From Acidimicrobiales bacterium (GTDB lineage Bacteria > Actinomycetota > Acidimicrobiia > Acidimicrobiales > Bog-793): a DNA stretch of 64,000 bases. The stretch's first letter is position 1. Each line of letters starts with the position of its first letter. Position numbers and translations under genes: made by a program. The stretch covers positions 195-64,194 of the forward strand of contig JBEKBX010000017.1 of the NCBI GenBank assembly GCA_050015175.1, written 5' to 3'. A model generated the notes under the pieces. That model had not been told where the DNA came from. It worked only from the letters and a program-made list of their open reading frames with translations, and searched no databases. This document shows, piece by piece, positions 58,882-64,000 of the stretch.

Positions 58882-59460
58882 TCACGTCAACTTCGCGAGA
58901 TAGGGACTGAGCAGCTTCTCGATCTGCTTGGCGGCAACGTCGACCTCGATGTTCACCTTGTCGCCAGGCATCCGCCGGCCAAGTGTCGTCAACTCCGCGG
59001 TGTGGGGTATCACGGCAACGGAAAAACTGTCCTGGTCGACGTCGAAGATCGTGAGGCTCACGCCGTCGACGGCGATGGAGCCTTTCTCGACGCAGTAGCG
59101 GATCAGCTCAGGCGGTACCCGAACCCTGAGATCCGGCGGCCCGACTGTCACTTCACCGATGCCGTCGACGTGACCCTGCACGATGTGCCCTCCGAGGCGG
59201 TCGCTCACCCGCACCGGCCGCTCGAGGTTGACCGGGTCACCAGGCTGCAGGAGACCGAAGGTCGTCCGGCTCAGGGTCTCGGCGGTGACCTGGGTCTCCC
59301 AAGTCTCGGAGCCACAGGCGACGACTGTCGTGCAGCACCCGTTCACCGAGATGGAGTCGCCGACCTTGGCGTCAACGAGCACGAGCGACGCTCTTATCCG
59401 GTAGCGGTCGCCGTCGTGGCCGACGTATGTACCCATCTCCTCGACAAGTCCGGTGAACAT
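58882..59460 (-). CDS. ribE: Riboflavin synthase (alpha chain)
   Basis: MFTGLVE, GDSISVNGCCTTV, VNLER, GGHIVQGHVD, KGSIAVDGVSLT, VNIEVD. Confidence 0.96.
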   Translation of the reverse strand: MFTGLVEEMGTYVGHDGDRYRIRASLVLVDAKVGDSISVNGCCTTVVACGSETWETQVTAETLSRTTFGLLQPGDPVNLERPVRVSDRLGGHIVQGHVDGIGEVTVGPPDLRVRVPPELIRYCVEKGSIAVDGVSLTIFDVDQDSFSVAVIPHTAELTTLGRRMPGDKVNIEVDVAAKQIEKLLSPYLAKLT

Positions 59461-59494
59461 GCGCGCCGAGCGTACCAACCCGGGTGCTCGGGCG

Positions 59495-60253
59495 TCATTG
59501 ACGCGCGAGCAGGATGCAGCCGACCGTGACGCCGAAGCCGAGGACGAGGACGCGCAGCAGGACCGGGCTCAGGCGACGGGCAAAGCCGCCGCCGAGACGG
59601 CCGCCGGCGAGGCTGGTCACAGCCATGATGGCCACGGCAGTCCAGGCGACGGGACCGAACAAGCCGTAGGCGACGACGGCGACGGAGTTGATGACGACCG
59701 AAAGGACCTGCTTCAACCCGTTCAGCCTCTGCAGGCTGTCCGGGATGGCCAGCCCGAGCATCGCCAGCAGGACGATCCCGAGCCCCGCCCCGAAGTAGGC
59801 ACCGTAGACGGCCGCGAGCAGGACCGCGACGTGAAGACCGAGCGAGCGGTGCTCCCTGGAAGGGGCGTGTCGCTTCGCGAGCACGCGGGTCGCCAAGGGC
59901 TGAAAGGCGAACAGGGCGCAGGCGAGGAGTATCAGAAAGGGTACGGCCTGTTTGAACACCTTCGCTGGCGTCGTGAGCAAGAGCACCGACCCGGCGGTGC
60001 CGCCGACCACGCAAGTGACGGCCAGCACCATCGCGCGCGATCGCTGGCCTTTCAACTCCCGGCTGTACGCGACCGAGCTGCCCACATAGCCGGGCCAGAG
60101 AGCCACCGTGTTCGTCACGTTCGCAGTGACACCGGGATAGCCCACGGCAAGCAGTGCCGGGAACGAGATGAGCGAGCCTCCCCCGGCGACACTGTTCACC
60201 GCGCCTCCGAGGAAGCCGGCGATGCCGAGAACGATTCCCTGCTCGGGCGTCAA
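59495..60253 (-). CDS. TauE/SafE (TSUP) family permease
   Basis: AGFLGGAVNSVAGGGSL, YGAYFGAGLG. Confidence 0.9.
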   Translation of the reverse strand: MTPEQGIVLGIAGFLGGAVNSVAGGGSLISFPALLAVGYPGVTANVTNTVALWPGYVGSSVAYSRELKGQRSRAMVLAVTCVVGGTAGSVLLLTTPAKVFKQAVPFLILLACALFAFQPLATRVLAKRHAPSREHRSLGLHVAVLLAAVYGAYFGAGLGIVLLAMLGLAIPDSLQRLNGLKQVLSVVINSVAVVAYGLFGPVAWTAVAIMAVTSLAGGRLGGGFARRLSPVLLRVLVLGFGVTVGCILLARQ

Positions 60254-61434
60254 TCCGTTACCGCGCTAGGCCAATTCTCGTCGCGAACCTCGGCGAGGTA
60301 CGAAGCGTGGTTGCGCGTGAACTCGGCGACGCTGTCCCCCCCGAACTTGCGGAGCGCCTCGGACGCCAGCACGAGGGCCAACATCGTTTCCGCCACCACT
60401 CCCATGGCGGGCACCGCGGTGACGTCGGTGCGCTCCTTGAACGAGACGGTCTCCTCCTTGGTGAGGACGTCGACGGTCTTGAGGACAGGGCGGTTCAGCG
60501 TGGCGAGTGGCTTCATGGACGCGCCGACAAGGAGAAGGCCCCCCGTGGACATGCCGCCCTCGATGCCGCCGGCCAACGAAGTCGTCCTCTTGTACTCGCG
60601 CGAGCCGGCGTCGAAGAAGATGGAGTCGTGGCCCGCTGATCCTCGGCGACGTGCGATGGCGAAGCCCTCGCCGATCCACACGGCCTTGACTGCCTGAATG
60701 CTCATAAGAGCCTGGGCAATGAGGCCGTCGAGCTTGCGGTCCCAGTGGACGTGACTTCCGAGGCCCACGGGCACCCCATAAGCTACGACCTCGACGGTGC
60801 CGCCGAGAGAGTCGCCTTCCTTGGCTGCAGTCTTGATCTCGGCGATCATGGCAGCCTCGGCCGAGGGGTCGAAACACCGCACCGGCGACGCGTCGACCGT
60901 CACAAGGTCGTCCGGCATGGGGCGTAGCCCGGCTGACGCATCAATGCCGCCGATCTGGACGACGTGGCTCACGATCGCGACGCCGATCTGGGCCAGAAGC
61001 GCCTTGGCGCACGCACCGGCGGCCACCCTTGCAGCCGTCTCCCGTGCCGAAGCCCGCTCCAACACGTCACGGGCGTCGTCGAAGCCGTACTTCTGCATGC
61101 CGGCGAGGTCGGCGTGGCCCGGACGGGGCTGAGTGAGCAGACGCGAGGGACGCCCGGGCCCAGCGGACATCTCGGCCTCCCACTTGGGCCACTCGGCGTT
61201 GGCGATCTCGATCGCGACCGGCGATCCCAAAGTCCGGCCGTGGCGAACCCCACCGATGATGCTGATCGCGTCGGTCTCGAACCGCTGGCGGGGACCGCGC
61301 CCGAATCCGAGCCGGCGGCGGGCGAGCTCGCCCGAGATCTCATCCGCGAGGATCGGCAGCCCGGCGGGGAGCCCCTCGACGACTGCAACGAGCGCACGCC
61401 CGTGGGACTCGCCCGCGGTCAGAAGGCGCAACAC
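60250..61434 (-). CDS. aroC: Chorismate synthase
   Basis: TAGESHG, PRPGHADL, ERASARETAARVA, GGIEGGMSTG, MKPLATL. Confidence 0.98.
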   Translation of the reverse strand: MLRLLTAGESHGRALVAVVEGLPAGLPILADEISGELARRRLGFGRGPRQRFETDAISIIGGVRHGRTLGSPVAIEIANAEWPKWEAEMSAGPGRPSRLLTQPRPGHADLAGMQKYGFDDARDVLERASARETAARVAAGACAKALLAQIGVAIVSHVVQIGGIDASAGLRPMPDDLVTVDASPVRCFDPSAEAAMIAEIKTAAKEGDSLGGTVEVVAYGVPVGLGSHVHWDRKLDGLIAQALMSIQAVKAVWIGEGFAIARRRGSAGHDSIFFDAGSREYKRTTSLAGGIEGGMSTGGLLLVGASMKPLATLNRPVLKTVDVLTKEETVSFKERTDVTAVPAMGVVAETMLALVLASEALRKFGGDSVAEFTRNHASYLAEVRDENWPSAVTD

Positions 61435-61486
61435 GAGACCAGCCTACGCCGGGGCGGGTCCTGAGGAACCGTTCAGGGGTGTTCGT

Positions 61487-61653
61487 TGGAGTCCCCCAAC
61501 TGTTGGGATGTGCAACTTGACCCCTCTCAGCAGTACCCGTCAGAACGCCTACAACGGCCCAGTGACGTCTGGGGGAGTGACACCAGCGCACACCCGTCAC
61601 GGAACTGCCGAACTCAAACTCAAGGTACGGCACCTTGCCCAGGCGCGCGGATC
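61487..61653 (+). repeat. Diverged direct repeat, copy A
   Basis: Shares TGGAGTCC.CCAACTGTT, GCCTACAACGGCCC, GTCACGGAAC, GGTACGGC, CAGGCGC, CGGATC in the same order with 63061-63246. Confidence 0.8.
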
Positions 61654-61759
61654 ATGAGCCCATCGAGCTGTGTTCCTGTGGGCTGACGTGGCCGCCGCTA
61701 CCAGGGATCTGTCCGGCAGACTAGTTCACCATTTTATGTACGCAGAAGAGGAATTGAGT

Positions 61760-62797
61760 TCAATCCTCATCCCAATTGAGAATTATGGCCAACCCGTGTG
61801 TCCGCTCCTTGAGGAGCGACCGGTAAGCGTCACACGCGGCGCTGTAAGGGAGCCGATGCGTTATGAGCGGCTCCAAATCGATCTCCTTTGAGGCGACAAG
61901 ATCCAAGAGGAGCTCCGCGTCTCGGTGCAGTGTCCATGGGTTCGCCGCCGTTTCGACCAGAGGATGGGATCTGTTGTGCGCACCAATGATCGTGTGGCTT
62001 GGGCTATTGCACAGGTCATGAAAATCGAACCATGTTGGCCCGCTAGGACTGCTCAGGACGACGAATCGGCCGTCACTAGCCTTCATCACCTGGAATTCCT
62101 CTGGGATGAGCGAGGGCATGCCGGTTACCTCGAACACGACATCAGCCATGCGCCCTCGTGTGACATCGGCCACATGGTCCCGCAAGTTGGTGCTTGTTGG
62201 TTCGATGGCAACAATGCCCTCTTCCTTGGGTAGGCAGGCAAGTCGATTGGAACAGGGATCAACCGCGATCACGGGACGTGCACCGACAAGTCGGCAAAAG
62301 CGCACGGCCAGCTGACCGAGGATGCCGACTCCGAACACGACGACTGTCTCTCCCCACCCCAGGTGAGCACGTCGGACTCCGTTCATGACGACCTGACCTA
62401 GTGAAACAAAGGGAATGTGATCGAGAGCGAGGCGCTCGTCGCGCACGGGATTCACCGAACTTGCTGCGACAGTCGCGAAGCGTACATGGGGTGTGGGTGC
62501 CGCTACGAGATCACCGACCTTCACCGACCTGACTTCGCTTCCGATTTCGATCACCTCAACCGCCGCGCTGTAACCGACGAGGAAGGGAAAACGACCATAC
62601 GTCGCCCATGCCGAATTCTCCGGGAACTGACCGGAAAGAATCGTCAGCTCGGTTCCCGGGCTGATCATCGAACGTCGGGTTCGAACAAGCACTTCATCAG
62701 GCCCCGGAGGCTTCAATTCCTGCTCCTGAAGCTCGACCTGACCTGCCATGGGAAACACAACCCCTGGATTACTCGTTGCATCACTACTAGCAGTCAT
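61760..62797 (-). CDS. MDR-superfamily dehydrogenase (zinc-binding alcohol dehydrogenase-like, BchC/YcjQ-type subgroup)
   Basis: SMISPGTEL, GYSAA, VVVFGVGILGQL, VFEVTG, LITHR; AAGGAG RBS. Confidence 0.85.
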   Translation of the reverse strand: MTASSDATSNPGVVFPMAGQVELQEQELKPPGPDEVLVRTRRSMISPGTELTILSGQFPENSAWATYGRFPFLVGYSAAVEVIEIGSEVRSVKVGDLVAAPTPHVRFATVAASSVNPVRDERLALDHIPFVSLGQVVMNGVRRAHLGWGETVVVFGVGILGQLAVRFCRLVGARPVIAVDPCSNRLACLPKEEGIVAIEPTSTNLRDHVADVTRGRMADVVFEVTGMPSLIPEEFQVMKASDGRFVVLSSPSGPTWFDFHDLCNSPSHTIIGAHNRSHPLVETAANPWTLHRDAELLLDLVASKEIDLEPLITHRLPYSAACDAYRSLLKERTHGLAIILNWDED

Positions 62798-63060
62798 GCA
62801 CCGACTCCTTTCTTCGTGTTTCGACTGCAATGCCCGACACTCAGGCGTGGTATTCGCTGGTCAAGAAAGATCCCGTGACGGACGGAGAACGTAGCTCGTC
62901 GCCTGTCAACGGCAAACGTTCGGCGTTACGCGCAGGGCAGGACCACTCGCATTCCCACCGACGACCACTCGACAGCGCCGCTGAACTTGCATGCTGACGA
63001 CCGGATCGACCGATCGAGGATGTTACGAAGGTCGGCGCCTCCCGCGACACCTCCTCGCCC

Positions 63061-63246
63061 TGGAGTCCTCCAACTGTTCAAATGTGCCACCTGCCAGATC
63101 CTCCAAGTTCCCTGCTCGGCAGCACGCGCCAGAACGGCCTACAACGGCCCGGGACACGTGGGGGAGTGGAGCATCGGCCGGAAACCAGTCACGGAACCGC
63201 TGGGGCTCCAGTTCAGGGTACGGCGCTTTCCGCAGGCGCACGGATC
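63061..63246 (+). repeat. Diverged direct repeat, copy B
   Basis: Collinear blocks shared with 61487-61653; extra ~19 nt near the 5' end. Confidence 0.8.
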
Positions 63247-63274
63247 TTGGCGAACCATCCGTCTGTCGCGCGTT

Positions 63275-63598
63275 CTAGTCCCCGGCGCTACACGCGCGGC
63301 CACTCCGAGGGCTCGTCATGTTCTCCATAGGTACCGTGGTCGACGGCGGCTTTCTATGGGTGGCTTCTTGGCGCTCGTTGAAACGCTTTGGCGGGATGAT
63401 GGCCCCGTTATGGTCTCTGAGCCCGAAGCCCACACCTCGGTCCATGAGAATGTGGGTGACCCAGCTGGTGGCGACGACAGCTAAAGGCGCGGATTGCAGG
63501 ACTGCTGACGCGACGAGCATTAAGACCGGTGGGACGGGACGGTGGAGCAAGTTGTAGGGGACGACGACTTCTTCAGTCTGTCTGTATCGCGGGCTCAT
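63275..63598 (-). pseudogene. DUF4260-like membrane protein, C-terminal half only
   Basis: VPYNLLHRP...WVTHILMDRGVGFGLRD matches the YN..H...W..HI..DR..GYGL pattern; I found no in-frame N-terminal PDL segment. Confidence 0.55.
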
Positions 63599-63778
63599 CT
63601 CGGCTCCGCTGCGGGCACGGACAAGGCACGCGCGGCTTGAGGATGGTGCTAAGCCAGTCGAAGGTCACGTGCCATCGAAAAGGACCTGTATTGAGGCCTC
63701 CAAACTGGCTGAGACCGGCGAGAAGACGGATAAGGCGCGGTGCTTGAACGACGTAGACGTCGATATTCCGATTGACCT

Positions 63779-64000
63779 TCACGTTGCGCTCCGAGACGTC
63801 GATTCCTCGGTCCAGCTGGCGAGCACCGACTCGAGCCAATGAACGAGACGATCGAAACTGCGATCGACGTCGTCCGGGAGTCCAAAGCCGCCCCCCGCCT
63901 CGAGGGTGACGAAGCCGTGCAGTGCGGCGCGCAAGGCACGGATGACATCGGTCGCATCGTCCTCGTGCAGTTCGTAGCCGGTGAGGACATCGGAGACAAC
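63779..64000 (-). CDS. TetR-family regulator, C-terminal WHG-type domain (5' end outside the window)
   Basis: Manual translation VVSDVLTGYELHEDDATDVIRALRAALHGFVTLEAGGGFGLPDDVDRSFDRLV..., stop at 63779-63781. Confidence 0.85.
   Translation of the reverse strand, partial: VVSDVLTGYELHEDDATDVIRALRAALHGFVTLEAGGGFGLPDDVDRSFDRLVHWLESVLASWTEESTSRSAT

Overview
GC-rich actinobacterial DNA, most likely Acidimicrobiia. This is inferred from the ask-asd, aroC, furA-katG and MarP-like gene context and from 'PxRIxDTR'-type surface-protein repeats. From left to right the window holds: (1) a decayed group II intron RT fragment at the edge; (2) a PadR-ABC-FtsX operon; (3) a frameshifted furA followed by intact katG; (4) a decayed Zn-finger/HTH fragment resembling the tail of stand-alone Cas1 proteins; (5) a GT4 / six-hairpin glycosidase-like / 2x GH130 cluster; (6) a DeoR-regulated sugar ABC locus with two matching operator palindromes and a truncated PfkB kinase; (7) a 1030-aa Tat-type Gly-rich protein built from 22 near-perfect 35/45-aa repeats; (8) a five-gene MacAB-like export operon whose adaptor carries an FN3 insertion; (9) a large surface protein; (10) a duplicated GT2 + methyltransferase-GT2-coiled-coil glycan module with very different coiled-coil lengths; (11) a CarH-like B12 regulator; (12) a Zur-type metal ABC operon; (13) a fluoride riboswitch with a fully readable translational ON switch controlling a cation:proton antiporter; (14) housekeeping genes (GH15, MarP-like protease, VIT1, two cyclophilins, ask-asd, ribE, aroC); and (15) an MDR dehydrogenase flanked by diverged ~170-190 bp direct repeats. 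I saw no tRNA, rRNA or CRISPR array. The best candidates for undescribed biology are the fluoride-riboswitch/CPA antiporter pair, the twin 'molecular-ruler' glycan module, and the repeat protein with its adjacent exporter.
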